Program-made: the position numbers and the translations under genes
The notes under the pieces: model-generated
Database searches by the model: none
What the model was told of the DNA's origin: nothing
Seen by the model: only the letters and a program-made list of their open reading frames with translations
Origin: the human T2T-CHM13v2.0 reference genome, Homo sapiens
NCBI RefSeq assembly: GCF_009914755.1
Contig: NC_060928.1
DNA: 64,000 nucleotides
Direction: 5' to 3' (one strand)
In this document: positions 1-16,133 of the stretch, piece by piece
How the letters are laid out: each line of letters begins with the position of its first letter
How positions within the stretch are numbered: the first letter of the stretch is position 1

Positions 1-1294
<1,294 letters not shown>

Positions 1295-1357
1295 TATTAT
1301 GTTAGCTGGTTATTTTGCCCATTAGTTGATGCAGTTTCTTCCTAGCATCGATGGTCT

Positions 1358-2380
1358 TTACAATTTGCCATGTTTTTGCAGTGGCTGGTATCGGTTTTCC
1401 CTTCAATGTTTAGTACTTCCTTCAGGAGCTCTTGTAAGGCAGGCTTGGTGGTTGCAAAATCTCTCAGCATTTGCTTGTCTGTAAAGGATTTTATTTCTCC
1501 TTCACTTACGAAACACTTTGGCTGCATATGAAATTCTGGTTTGAAAATTCTTTTCTTTAAGAATGTTGAATATTGGCCCCTACTCTCTTCTGGCTTGTAG
1601 AGCTTCTGCCGAGAGATCAGCTGTTAGTCTGATGGGCTTCCCTTTGTGGGTAACCTGACCTTTCTCTGTGGCTGCCCTTAACATTTTTTCTTTCATTTCA
1701 ACCTTGGTGAATCTGACAATTATGTGTCTTGGGGTTGCTCTTCTCGAGGAGTGTCTTTGTGGTGTTCTCTGTATTTCCTGAATTTGAATGTTGGCCTGCC
1801 TTGCTAGGCTGGGGAAGTTCTCCTGGATAATATGCTGAAGAGTGTTTTCCAACTTGGTTCCATTCTCCCTGTCACTTTCAGGTACATCAATCAAATGTGG
1901 ATTCGGTCTTTTCACATAGTCCCATATTTCTTGGAGGCTTTGTTTGTTTCTTTTTACTCTTTTTTTCTCTAAACTTCTCTTCTTGCTTCATTTTATTCAT
2001 TTGATCTTCAATCACTGATACCCTTTCTTCCACTTGATCAATTAGGCTAGTGAAGCTTGTGCATGCATCACGTAGTTCTCATGCTACGGTTTTCAGCTCC
2101 ATCAGGTCATTTAAGGTCTTCTCTACACTGTTTATTCTAGTTAGCCATTAATCTAATCTTTTTTCAAGGTTTTTAGCTTCCTTGCAATGGGTTAGAACAT
2201 GCTCCTTTAGCTCAGAGAAGTTGTTATTACTGACCTTCTGAAGCCTACTTCTGTCAACTCCTCAAAGTCATTCTCTGTCCAGCTTTGTTCTATTGCTGGC
2301 AAGGAGCTGTGATCCTTTGGAGGAGAAAAGGCACTCTGGTTTTTAGAATTTTAAGTTTTTCTGCTCTGGTTTCTCCCCAT
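1358..2380 (-). pseudogene. L1 ORF1p remnant, disrupted
   Basis: Start ATGGGGAGAAACCAG at 2380 and the ORF1-type end with TAA at 1358-1360. Broken into fragments 1580..1915 and 1342..1527. Confidence 0.9.
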
Positions 2381-3395
2381 CTTTGTGGTTTTATCTACCC
2401 TTGGTCTTTGATGATGGTGACCTACAGATGAGGTTTTGGTGTTGATGTGCTTTTTGTTGATGTTGATGCTATTCCTTTCTGTTTGTTAGTTTTCCTTCTA
2501 ACAGCCAGGTCCCTCAGCTGCAGGTCTGTTGGAGTTTGCTGGAGGTCTACTCCAGACCCTGATTGCCCGTGTGTCACCAGTGGAGGCTGTGGAACAGCAA
2601 ATATTGCAGAACAGCAAATATTGCTGCCTGATCCTTCCTCTGGAAGCTTTGTCTCAGATGAGCACCCAGCTGTATGAGGTGTCAGTCAGTCCCTACTGCG
2701 AGATGTCTCCCAGTTAGGCTACACGGGGGTCAGGGACCCACTTGAGGAGGCAGTCTGTCCATTCTCAGAGCTCAAACACCATGCTGGGAGAACCACTGCT
2801 CTCTTCAGAGCTGTCAGACAGGGACGTTTAAATCTGCACAAGTTTCTGCTGCCTTTTGTTTAGCTATGTCCTGCCCCCAGAGGTGGAGTCTACAGAGGCA
2901 GGCAGGCTTCCTTAAGCTGCGGTGGGCTCCACTCAGTTTGAGCTTCCTGGTGGCTTTGTTTACCTACTCAAGCCTCAGCAATGGCGGATGCCCCTCCCCC
3001 AGCCAGGCTGCTGCCTCGCAGTTCAATCTTGGACTAGCAGTGAGCAAGGCTCTGTGGGCATGGGACCTGCTGAGCCAGGCATGGGATATAATCTGCTGGT
3101 GTTCCATTTGCTAAGACCATTGGAAAAGTGCAGTATTTGGGTGGCAGTGTCCCAATTTTCCAGCTGCAGCCTGTCATGGCTTCCCTTGGCTAGGAAAGGG
3201 AAATCTCCTTACCCTTTGAGCTTCCCGTGTGAGGCAATGCCCCACCCTGCTTCAGCTCACCCTCTGTGGGCTGCACCCACTGTCCAACCAGTCCCAATGA
3301 GATGAACCAGGTACCTCAGTTGGAAATGCAGAAATCACCCATCTTCTGCGTCAAGCTGGGAGCTGGAGACCAGAGCTATTCCTATCCAGCCATCT
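2381..3395. promoter_or_regulatory. L1 5'UTR with sense promoter (-) and antisense promoter (+), including an ORF0-homologous region
   Basis: GC-rich UTR. ORF0-like start ATGGCGGATGCCCCTCCCCCA at 2981. ASP-type splice donor CCAG|GTACCT at 3310/3311. Confidence 0.7.
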
Positions 3396-3999
3396 TATTG
3401 ATATCATTTTCAAAAATAATTATATCTATTACACATTATGAAATAAAGACTTCAAAGTGAAACAAGAAAATTATTAACACAAATTAAAGACAATAATACC
3501 TTCAGTGGGAAGAGGGAGCTGTTCGATGTATTTGTAATATTTTTATACAAAGCTTGCTGTTGATTACTTGGGTGTTTCCTCTATAAATGGTGGCAAAAAT
3601 ATCATAACTACATGTGTTATACATTCTCTTTTATTTTAAGAAAATAAGAAGGAAGTAAAACAGGGTCCAAGGATCACTGAGGAGGATGGTTAAATTATAT
3701 ATAACCATATTGTTGTGATGTTTTTGAACTCCACAAATAAAAATAAAGTTTTCAGACAGTAAATATAAAAAATTTTTCAGACAGTAAAGAAAAATAAACC
3801 TTAAAAGTAGTATACTGCTAAAATATAAAGTCACATGGCCATCAGCTGTGATACAAGTGAGATGACAGTAGAGAAAAGCTTTCTATGCACTAGCAAAAAA
3901 CAACCTTAAAACCCAGAATTCTACTCCAATTAAGTGTACACTAAGATATTGATACATGCCACATTTAGTTGTATATATATATATGGCACCGAGGGCAAT

Positions 4000-4793
4000 T
4001 CAGAGATTGTCAGAGCTGCCTCATTAGTTCAATGGTGAGACCATCACCTGGGTTTCAAAAACCCAGATGGCTTCCTGGAGTCTTGAGGTCAGGGATGTCT
4101 GGAGTCTTGGGAATGAGGCTCTCACTTGGTAGAACGTAGTGGACCACAAGACTTACCCCAGTGGGTCTGGAAGGTGAGGGATTAAGCCAAAGATTACTCT
4201 CAAGCTTTAAGGCCTAAGCACATTTACTTTGCTAGGTTTGCTAGTCTGGTTTTGCAGGTTCACAGATGGAGAGGAGTTTTGCTTCATGATAAATCATACC
4301 TCAAGTCTCACCTGATTTAGATTGTATTTAAATTAGACTTTGGACCTTAGATCTTAATTGATGTGAAATGAGTTAAGACTTTGGATGTTGCTGGAATGGA
4401 ATGAATGTATTTTGCATGCACAAAGGACATGAATTTGACTAAATGATTGTGTTACTCCAAAATTCACATACTGAAACCCTAACATCCAATATGATGGCAT
4501 TTGGAGATGGGCCTTTGGGAGGTAATTAGGGTTAGATGAGGTCAGGAGTGTGGGGCTTTTATGCTGGGATTAGAGTTCTTATAAAAAGAGAGACATGGCA
4601 GCTATCTCTCCACCATGTGAGGACATAGCAAGCAGGTGGCCATCTGTAAGCCATGAAGAGAGCCATCACCAGGACCTGAATCAGCTGGCACTTTGACCTT
4701 GGACTTCTCAGCCTCAGAACTAGAAGAAATAAATTTCTGTTCTTTAAGCCAGAAACAATATATTTTGTTATGGCAGTCTGAGCAGACTAAGAC
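4000..4793 (+). mobile_element. MLT1A/A0-type MaLR: internal 3' fragment plus LTR (about 4437-4793)
   Basis: MaLR LTR hallmarks ccaaaattcacatactgaaaccctaa, aataaatttctgttctttaagcca and the terminus gactaagaca. Confidence 0.8.
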
Positions 4794-7111
4794 AATAAAC
4801 TTAAGTATTTCATTTCAAATCATAAAAATAATAATCAGAAAAAGTAGAATTGATAACAATGGTTAAATAATAGAGAATAAAAGTTAAATAAATAATTTAT
4901 ATGCGAATATTCCATTATAGTTTATAAATGAATAATGCTTATAGCTGGTAAATCAAAACAGCAATATAATCATAATATTTAGGTATAAAAATAACCATTA
5001 GGAGAATTAAAAACATAAGTGGTTGAAGATAATTTTTTCTGAGGACTAGTCAGTAGAAAGACGATGGGTAATTTCATTCACTCTAAGTGTGTTTCGTTTT
5101 ATTTTAAACAACCGCATACATCACTTTCATTCAAAAAGAGAAAAACCAAAACATGCAGAATTCAGCATTATTATTGGCATTGTGAAAGCAGTTTTGTATA
5201 AGCATGGATTACAATTCCCTGAAAGTATAAAACCTGCATTTTCTAATTCCTCTACATCTCATCACAGCACATAGCAGAGCGTTTTGCATATGAGGGAACT
5301 TAACAAATATCATAGATTTACACAGTTTATGTTAATAGGGAGATAGATGCCGCAGCGATACCACACAAGAGTTGTGATCCTTGTGGTTTATTTGGTCCAA
5401 ATGCCTAGGTAAGGACGAAAAATTGATCAGTTTGGAGCCTAGCTCATTAAATTAATAATGAAGGCCAGGGATATAGGGAACATAGACTCTGTTATTTCTC
5501 TTTATAAATGAGAAAAACAATAAGAATGCTGTGACTTTAGAATAAAAATATTAAAATCTAGACTTGTCTTGACAAAGTTAACTCATCATGCATTTAAAGC
5601 CTAATCAATTTTTAAATTCTATTTCTTCTTAATTGACTTTAATTACCAATTCTTGTCAACAAGGACAAACAGACCTTGCATTTTAAATGAAAAGAAGCAA
5701 GCCATTTTAAATGTTGCCTTGACATTTCCAACCCATTTCATATGCATGAAGTAATATCTTTTAGGAGCCTTTGCTTCTATAGTAAAACAGAAAGAATAAA
5801 CTATAGCTCAGATATTCTTTGAAAAACCATATACTAATAAAAGGCTGATTTCATGAAATAGTTACATATTTTCTCTATGAAATCTATCATGAGCTTACAT
5901 GCAAGACAAGAAAATGGATGATCTTAGCACTTCAAAATTATTTTTGCCTAATCTACTTAGTGCACTATTGTAAAAGTGAAGTGTTGTTTTGTCTTACATT
6001 TTGGATAAAAATCATCCAGATTCAAACTGGGTGAAACTCTCTAGGCTGCTACCACAATATGAAACGTCTGGGTGTTAGTATAAAAAAGATTTTAAAATAT
6101 TTCAAATCTCCTAAAAGCATCTAACAGGGATTAATCCCGATTGCTGTCCCTACATCTTTCAAAATCCAGTGAGAGTCTCATCTAATGCTCAGTGAACATG
6201 CTGGTCAAAAAGTTGTGCACAAAGAGAAACAGGAAGCTTTAAAAATTAATTATTCAGTGACTTAAATAAAAACAAAGTCATTTAAGAATGTGTGAATCAC
6301 AGTCAAGCTGTAATACCAAAACTAATATGAGCTTATTTTTAGAAAGTTTCTGTTCTTTAGCCAGAAAATCAGGAGGGAACAAATAATCTGCTAAAACCAA
6401 CAAGTCATTGTTCCGGGTGTTCCATCTCAAGTGGGCTAGTGCAAATTAAATTTCATGTGCCCCTCCAGAAGTGAAAAGTACTCCTTTACATTTTTACCTT
6501 TTAAATATTTATTACGTTTTAATTAAAACATTATCATGCTAATTGAGTCATATGTGCATAGAGCAAAAATCATTTTTGGAGATTTAGTATGTGAAAGATT
6601 TCATGCACGTGGCAATATATGGTAGAATGAACCTTCTGTCAGATGCATTTTACTCTTTGCATCATATTTAATATTTAACAAATTTGTAAGGATACATTTT
6701 GTGTTTAAACATATGTATATATGTGTGCTAAAAAGATATTAACCTTCCTCATACTTTGCTAGAATTCACCAAAAATGCTATGCTTCCCTAATCTAGATGT
6801 CCTTTATGTTTTATTTGTAGAAAATTTGCCTTTGATTCTACTGCTGTTAATTATGGTAAGAACTCAATGGGAATTGAAGTATAGCTATTCCACAACTAAA
6901 GACCATAATTTTGCACTGAAAGAAACAGTATTCTTTCTGTAAACTTTGGCCAGTAACCTCGGTGTTTTTTACTTGTTAGTTACTTTCAGGTTTGTATTTA
7001 TGACAATACAATAATTATTGTAAAGCCATAAAAAATATATTCTTTGTGATAACACACAAAACGTGGTACAATTTTTAAATTATCCTTTATTTCAAAAAAG
7101 TTTTTAGTTTG

Positions 7112-7559
7112 GGCCGGGCGCGGTGACGCACGCCTGTAATCCCAGCGCTTTGGGAGGCCGAGGTGGGCGGATCACGAGGTCAGGAGACCGAGACCATCCT
7201 GGTTAACACGGTGAAACCCCGTCTCTACTGAAAAGACAAACAATTAGCCGGGCGTGGTGGCGGGCGCCTGTAGTCCCAGCTACTCGGGAGGCTGAGGCAG
7301 GAGAATGGCATGAACCCGGGAGGCGGAGCTTGCAGTGAGCTGAGAGATCACGTCACTGCACTCCAGCCTGGGCGACAGAGCGAGACTCCAGCTCAAAAAA
7401 AAAAAAAAAAAATACAAAAAATTAGCTGGGCGTGGTGGCGGGCACCTGTAGTCCCAGCTACTCAGGAAGCTGAGGCAGGAGAATGTGGCACCACCGCACT
7501 CCAGCCTGGGCGACAGAGCGGGACTCTGTCTCAAAAAATAAAAATAAAAATAAAAAAAG
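7112..7559 (+). mobile_element. AluY with an extra, internally deleted right monomer (trimeric Alu)
   Basis: Full CpG-rich AluY to about 7410, then TACAAAAAATTAGC and a second right arm with its own tail. Imperfect TSD aaaaaagtttttagtttg / aaaaaagatttttgtttg. Confidence 0.92.
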
Positions 7560-7790
7560 ATTTTTGTTTGAACTAGGAAATTACCTTCATAGAAAGTAAC
7601 ACAACCATGCTTGCATTAATATCAATAATACTTATCTTCAGACACTTAGTGGCCAAATAACCATGAAAAGGTGAACCATTTTTGAGCAACTAAATATACA
7701 GTCATATCTATATCATGTTTGACAATTATACTAACCGGAACATTTTGAAAAAAAGTCAGTTCTTGTATATTATTGAGTAAAAAGAAGTGA

Positions 7791-7867
7791 AGACTACTAA
7801 ATAGTACATACAGCATGATCCTGTTAACAAACATCAGGATCATGCTGTATATATTATTTAGTAGTCT
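7791..7867. repeat. Inverted repeat with 33-bp arms and an 11-nt loop
   Basis: 7791-7823 is the reverse complement of 7835-7867 at 31 of 33 positions. Confidence 0.95.
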
Positions 7868-8279
7868 ACTAGAATAAGAATGGTATCTGTTAAGAACAAA
7901 TAATTACTAAAACTTTCGCCAAAATATCAACTATAATTGTCTCTGGATAGAGAGATTTTGCTAAATTTTATCTCTTTTTTATTTACATACTTGTTTTTTC
8001 TTGAAAATATATTATTGTCTGGGGAAAAAATTATGATCAAAAGAAATTATTCCTCTTTGACTTCTATAAGAATTACATGTTAAAGTTGTCTTGATGTGTT
8101 TCAACAGAGACAGAATTATTATTCCTTAAAAGTAAAGGGGCCATTTGAAATACTCAAATACATGTCATAGAAGAATATCTTTTAAAATCTATCTAGTGTA
8201 TGGAATTTTACTGTTTGAAAGGACAACTATTAGTAACAAATTACTCATATATCACTTCCCACAACTAGTCAGCCAAATG

Positions 8280-8609
<330 letters not shown>

Positions 8610-11600
8610 TAATAAAGGGATCCAGTAACTGCTCCCAGGGAAAGGATATCAGGTAAGTCCTGCTGCCACTGTTAAAGATGAGTTTCTATTCTAAGGTCAG
8701 GATGAATAATAAGCAATTACACCATTCAGGGCTGAGTTAAAAAGTAGTTGCTGTTTATATGAACTTCCATGAGTAGTTTAGTATATTTGTAAATATTTGC
8801 CATTCTTTTGTCTTTTGTCATTGACGGAGGATTGACCTGTGTCACTTGTCACTGACACTTAACACCAAAATGAATTGAAATTCTGTCTTTAGAAATAGGT
8901 TTCCTTGATACTGTGACATTTATAAATGGACCTTTAAAGACTGCACTTTTTCTATACACTTTGTTTCAATTTCCTGTCACTCTCAAGTGGAGATTTTTAT
9001 AATACTAAATTTATCACATCTTTCCAAGATCATTTATCTGACTCTAAGCTTCTGGTGTACACTTCATCTTTGCGGGAATCTATATTTACTTTCTCCCCCT
9101 TCAACTTACAACAAAGTATATATAAAAGCACTTTCAGGACAGGATATAGCATTTCTTTAAAAAAAAAAAAAACATGAAAGTATAATGAATCATTGGCTTC
9201 AATATCCAAGTTAATTAGAAGGCTTATCATTATGTAGTTTTTAAAGATATGCCAGTTTCAGAAAATGTCAATCTAAGAATTTTTCCTTTGTTTTGTAATA
9301 AGAAGCTTAGAAAGATGGGAAATATTTAATTGGTTTTTGTTAGTAGGTGAGCTACACCTTAACTACAGTCTTTTTTTTTTGCATCTAACCTGTCTTGAAT
9401 GGCTTTTATCCATCTTATTTTCCCTTTTACTTTTGTAAAGGAATTTACAGCAACTTTAAGCTTGCTATGTGAATTCTGTTGCATACCGCCATCATTTTTG
9501 CACTTTCTGCTTTTTCTTAACATCTTTGTAATTTTTTTATAGTCCATTATTTTTCATGAAGTCAGGCAACTCAGGATTCTCTTAACACAGTTACACAAGT
9601 TCAAAGTTTTTTTTCCTCTCACATCATGTACAAGCCTATGATGGCTGCCTCACAACAAGTCAAAATAAGAAATCAAAATGTTAAAAGAAAAAAATCCCTT
9701 ACTTTGGTAGATGGATAGTTATTTTCAAAAGCTTTTTGCAAAATAAATTTGCATTTTGTGTCATGTCTACTTCAATGTGTTGCCACTGTTACGGAGAAAA
9801 AAAATGCCAGTTTTTAAAATACCTAAATGAATGTAACAGCATACTTTATTTGGTGTGTTAATTATACATTTTAGTCCATTCTTTAGTTTATTAGGTTCCT
9901 TTTAATATGTATAGAACAGCACTATTGCCACAAGAAGATAACGTCTAGACTTAAATGTCCATTGGGCACAACTATTGGCATTTTTTCCCTGCTTAGGTCA
10001 TGAACCCAATTAATCCTCATTGCAGAAAGGATAAAGGAAATACCAGTGATCATACACACTAAATGTTATCTGAATCTAATCTGACAGTCATTGCTGATTG
10101 AACTTGCTATACCCTGAAGCCTAACAAATGAGTCTTAGCAGGCATATAGATTTCTCTGTATTTTCCTAACAGCTACTCCAAATGCTTTTGAAAGTCAGCA
10201 AAAATGGAACTGCAGTTATGTGTGGGATTAATTTTTATTGCATAGGCTATAATGAGTGTGAATATCTGAAAGTACTTCATGTTTTTATACAGAATACACA
10301 TCATCTTTACTTTAAAATTTTGCTTATGTTTGCTGTGACATCCTTTACATGAAATTGACAACCCGTGAAGTAAAATGTTGGTAATATAATCCTAATAAAT
10401 ATTTAATAGCTTTTCTTTCTATATTTTTAAGAAGGGGAGAATCTTGTTGCTATTTCTAATTTCAGCCATTTGCATCATTCTTGGATCATTTTAAACTGTC
10501 AACAAACATTTGCTGAAATATATACAATTACATACAAATATGCACATAAAGCTGTACATAATATTTTAGACTTTTGAAATCACTATTTACAAACAATTAA
10601 ATACCTATTATATTTATGTATTTCTTACATTATTATGGTCTTCATAATCAAAATCTCTCGTATGATTTTTAAAACTCTGTTTCTAGATAGTTTTCTTAAC
10701 CTACAGCCCATATTTCGAGTATGTACTGAGACACTTTACACCTAGAATAAAATTAAATACTCGTGTTAATGTGTCAAGACCAAACTAAAATCCTTTCTCA
10801 TAGAATTCGCTCATTCTCTTTCCCATCTTACTGTTACAAAATATGCCCAATTATCCAAACTGGAAATGGACAAGTCATTAGAAATGGAAATGGAAGCGTT
10901 TTAAATGCCTTTTCTCCTTCCTATTTATACTCAATTATTTATCAGTTTTTCTCTACTCTACTTCACAAATATCCTTCACAACTCTCTAACCTTACATCAC
11001 TAGCTGAGTGCTAATTATTCTCGTCCTGGATGAATGCACTACCTTCCTAAAAACTGTTCCTACTTGGTCCACTTTACGCAAACTTCAAATTGCTTTTTTA
11101 AATATCAACCACTACCTCTCCTTCTTAAAAGAGAAATGAGTAGCTCCCTTTCTTCTAGTGGATACAATTAAAACTGTTTAGCATAGCCAGGATGGTGTGC
11201 TAACCTGGTTCTCGTCTCTCTCTCTCTCTAGTTAATTGATAAAACATCTTACATCTCAAGGTTATTCACACATCCTCAGCATAAAAATCTCCTTGCCTAG
11301 TGCTTTTCTGTTGTGGGCAATCCTGGAAATTGTTAACATATCATACAAAGATCTTCAGACTCATATTACCTTCATTGGGACTTTTTTCCCTAAATTTCTA
11401 TTCCAAGGTTCAATATCTGTCTTAGGATTCGTCTCCAATCTTTGGTTGATTCTTAAGTTATATTGTGTGCAGGGAGAGATCTCAGAAAATAGCTCCTAGG
11501 AGGCTAAAAGTTGAACAAATATTAAAGCATTCACACAGTGTCATAGAGATGTTAGAATTTTGACCCCACCAGCCTGAAAAGACCTTTGAGGATAGCTCAG

Positions 11601-12760
11601 GTACTTATTTGAAAGGCTGCTTGATAGGAGTGAGTACCGTGCCCTAAGAGCAAGTACTCCTCTTTAGGAGCAAGAACAAAACTGGAAATAGGCACATCCT
11701 AACAAAACCTGTATCAAAATCCTGAGAGTACCAAGAATCTCCACCAGTAATTTGACTGTCTCTCATAAAACAACATGACATTATTTAGAGGAAATTAAGC
11801 TTTAGAGGATCTGTAGAGTATCACTCATAATATACATAAAAAATTACTAGGCTAGCAAAACAATAGGAAAAATTTATCAGTAATCTGAAGATAAGATAGT
11901 AAATAACATCAAAGAGATGATCCAAATATTAGAGTGAGCAGGCACAGATTTTCAAACAAGTATAACTAATATGTTAAAGAAAATAGAGAAAAACACAGAC
12001 CCTGTGGATAAAAAGAAGTATGAAGAACAGAATATTAGAATCTATACACACCAACCTAACAAACGTTCTAGGGGTGCAAAATTCTACCTAAAGTTAGGGA
12101 CGCGTGAGATCAGTTTAACAGCAACTGAGCCCTGACAAAGATAAGATTAAAGAACTTGAAGACAGTTTAGTTAAGAAATAAAATCTAAACTAAAGCACAG
12201 ATGGGAAAACATTAAAATAATACAAAAAAACCGAATATATACATTTTAGAGAATAACAATTTCTAATATATTGGTCAGTGAAGTCATAGCAAGAAAGAAA
12301 AGTGATGAGAAAAAAATAGGAAAAATATTCTTAAAATCTGGTGAAAGATATTAGTATATTCCCACTGATTGGAGAAACTCATCAAACCCCAAGAAGAATA
12401 AATGTAAATAAAACCTCACCTCAATATGTATATAGTAGAAAATCACTGAAAAAGACGGAGGGACTAACAGCAAGAAGGTCAGCTGACTTCTCAAGGGAAA
12501 TTACAGAAATCAAAAGATAATGAAATGGAATATTTTAAAGTGCTGAACGAAAAAGACAAACTGTCCATATAGAATGCTATAACCAGTGAACATAGCTTTC
12601 AAAATTAAATCAAAATAAATAAATGTTATCAAAAACAAATCTTAGACTTCATTACTGACAGGCCCAAAGTAAAATAAATACTAAAGGTAAACTCTTTTGG
12701 AGGCATTAAAGTATAACAGGGAATAAACATCATTACACATTGTAAATATATGGGTAAATA

Positions 12761-13444
<684 letters not shown>

Positions 13445-15939
13445 AGAATATTCACTATTTCAGCAATCATAATAAAGGTAATAATATTGTCTTGGTTTTT
13501 AAATTATGTAGAATTAAAATGCAGACAAGGACACAAAAAGAAAGAGGCCACTAAATGCATTTAAAATATTATACCATTTTACACATTATTTGAGATGTGG
13601 AAAACTATTTTCAGATAGACTCACATAAGTCAAGTGTGTATTTTATTATTTCTATGGTGTGACACAACACTAAAAGCTCTAACAAAACCCAAATAGAAGC
13701 AATTAAACAAAATAACAAAATACATGATTAATATACAATGAAACAGAAAAGGGGGCATAAAAGGACAAAGGCCACGTGGACCAAATAGAAAACAATCAGC
13801 AAAATGTCAGACAGTAATTATTAAAATGTACTTGTTGGTCCTTCTGGGGACTTGGAAACACTATATTTCTTAGCATGGGTTTTGCTCCATAGAGATTTTT
13901 GTTTGATGTGCTTTTTGGTTCACAGTTTTGTAGGTAAATAATATAAAATTGGAATATTTGACATCATTCACACACAGCCAAATCAGCTAGTGTTGATTAC
14001 CAAAAGCCCAAATTCAAGGGGATGAGGATCACCAGGATATTTCGTTTTCCAATAGGCTTGCTTCATATTAATTTATCACCTGTCTTTTGTAATATATTTA
14101 TGATCTCTTCTCCCTAAACCCTCTACTCCATGAAAGCCCTAACCTTTGTTTTCTTTAAACATCTCATGAATCCAATCATTTGTGAAATGGCAGCAGCATG
14201 TTGAAGCTTGGCCTGCATCCTCACTTCAAGAGTTGACTTCATAGCTGGTAACAACATGGAACAGCAGCTGTATCGTCAAGGAATAAATGACCAGAGGCCA
14301 GCTAAATGGCCTTTTTATTTTTCAGATACGTTAAATCCTCTCCCAAAGCTGTTGATGCCTGGCAGAATTATATACATAAGTTATTTTGATGTCTCATTAG
14401 CACATTTTTTGTTCTCCGACTGTTCCCAGTGTATGGAGCTCTACCAGTGAAATCAAGATCCTTTGCTGAGGCTGCTAACTTAAAATATTCCATGTTTGTT
14501 AGGAGACGTGTGCATGTGTTAAAAGTGAATCATGTTTTGGTCAAAGGAATGCTGGTAGGAATCAGTGCTTTTGTTATTATTAAATCAAAGAATCACTTCA
14601 TTTTAATATTATTAAATAAAAGAATCACTTTAAATCATTTTTCAAGAATGATTTAAAGACACCCAAACTAGGACCTAACCTAGCAACCCACCAGGTTGTC
14701 AATACATATTTGGTGAAGGAATGACACATCAAAACTAGGCTAGGGAAGGATAAAGATGAAAAAATATAGGGATTCATAAACAATTTGGAAGATAAATAAA
14801 ATCATTGGATAAAAGATGCATGAAAGATACACAAAATTATATCTCTTTGCTCTAAAGGATAATTTTACTACAAATAAAATGAATGATTAATTTCATAAGT
14901 TATATGCATGTAACTGATGAGACAATAGTTTAGCCAGTGCGCGTCCACACTAGTTTCATAGTTTAATCACGAGAGATGGTAAAGGTCTGTAATTAAGTAG
15001 TTGTCAAAAGGGTGCCTGAGACATTGTGTGGAGAGACAAGGGAAAGACTTAGTGACTACTCATAATAAGAGGTGAAACACAAAAAAATTCAGAAATAAAT
15101 GAGCTTAATAGCATCTCAATTTCACCTTGAATTCTGACAATAGGAGATGAATGTAAGATTAATCAAGACCAATTATACCATCTGGAGGCATCGGCCAATA
15201 AAAAGTCAATGTCATATTCATTTTATTCTTGGCAGCTGATAGTAAATGTAACAGTGGTCAGTATTGAAGGACTGCAGCAAAGCTGGCTTATCTTTCTGCC
15301 CGTTATGCTTAGCTCTATTTATTTACCTGCTCCATTCAAAAAGAAATATCTCCCATAAAAAAGGTAGAAAGATACATTCTTGATATTTGTCTTAATTATT
15401 TTGATATATATTTTGCTTCGCCACCATAATTTGAGAATAGATGGACAGAGGACTTCTTGTCCATACCACACCATGAGTTTAATTAAGTTTTGTAATCTTT
15501 ATACCAGATAGGGAAGATCTTCATCTCCTTCTTTCTGTATGTCTGCTCGCAGCACCTGAACCTAGTCCCAACTGGAGAATCCTGCCTAAATTGACATAGG
15601 ATTTATAAAGTTTAAATGGGAATTAGAAGACAAGAAAGGAAAATATGATGTAATGTTCTGTCCTCTCAAGGGTAAGTTAGTTTGGAATAATGATAGATCC
15701 TCTTTAAGAGGCTAAAGAAAATATAGAGTTTTCTACCTTTCTTCATAAGTGGTTCCAATTTACTTTCAACATATGAAATTTACAACTCTGAAATATTGAG
15801 GGACCTATAACCTTTACTTTTTTTTTCCTCCCAAGTTTGCTATATGAGATAGAATTAAGCAAAATGAATACATTTCCTTATAAGGAAGTTTGGCTTCAAG
15901 TGCGGATGTAATGTCCAGTCCATGTGTTTCTTTGAACAG

Positions 15940-16133
15940 GCTTCAGTTGCCCTTTGTGAAAATAAGACTGTGGGGGATCATGCAGAAGAGGGAGCAAAGG
16001 ACAATCCCCTAGATGGACAAGAGAGTGCATGACTGTGAGGAAGAGGTTCACCGAGGCTCAGCTGCGATTGATTCCCCCACGCTCATCTCAAACTCTCTTA
16101 AGCAAACTTTCAGCCCCAGATGCTTACACAGAG
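15940..16133 (+). other. Candidate non-coding internal exon (194 nt)
   Basis: Acceptor tgtgtttctttgaacag| and donor GAG|GTATGA. GC-richer than the flanks and not recognised as a repeat. Confidence 0.4.
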
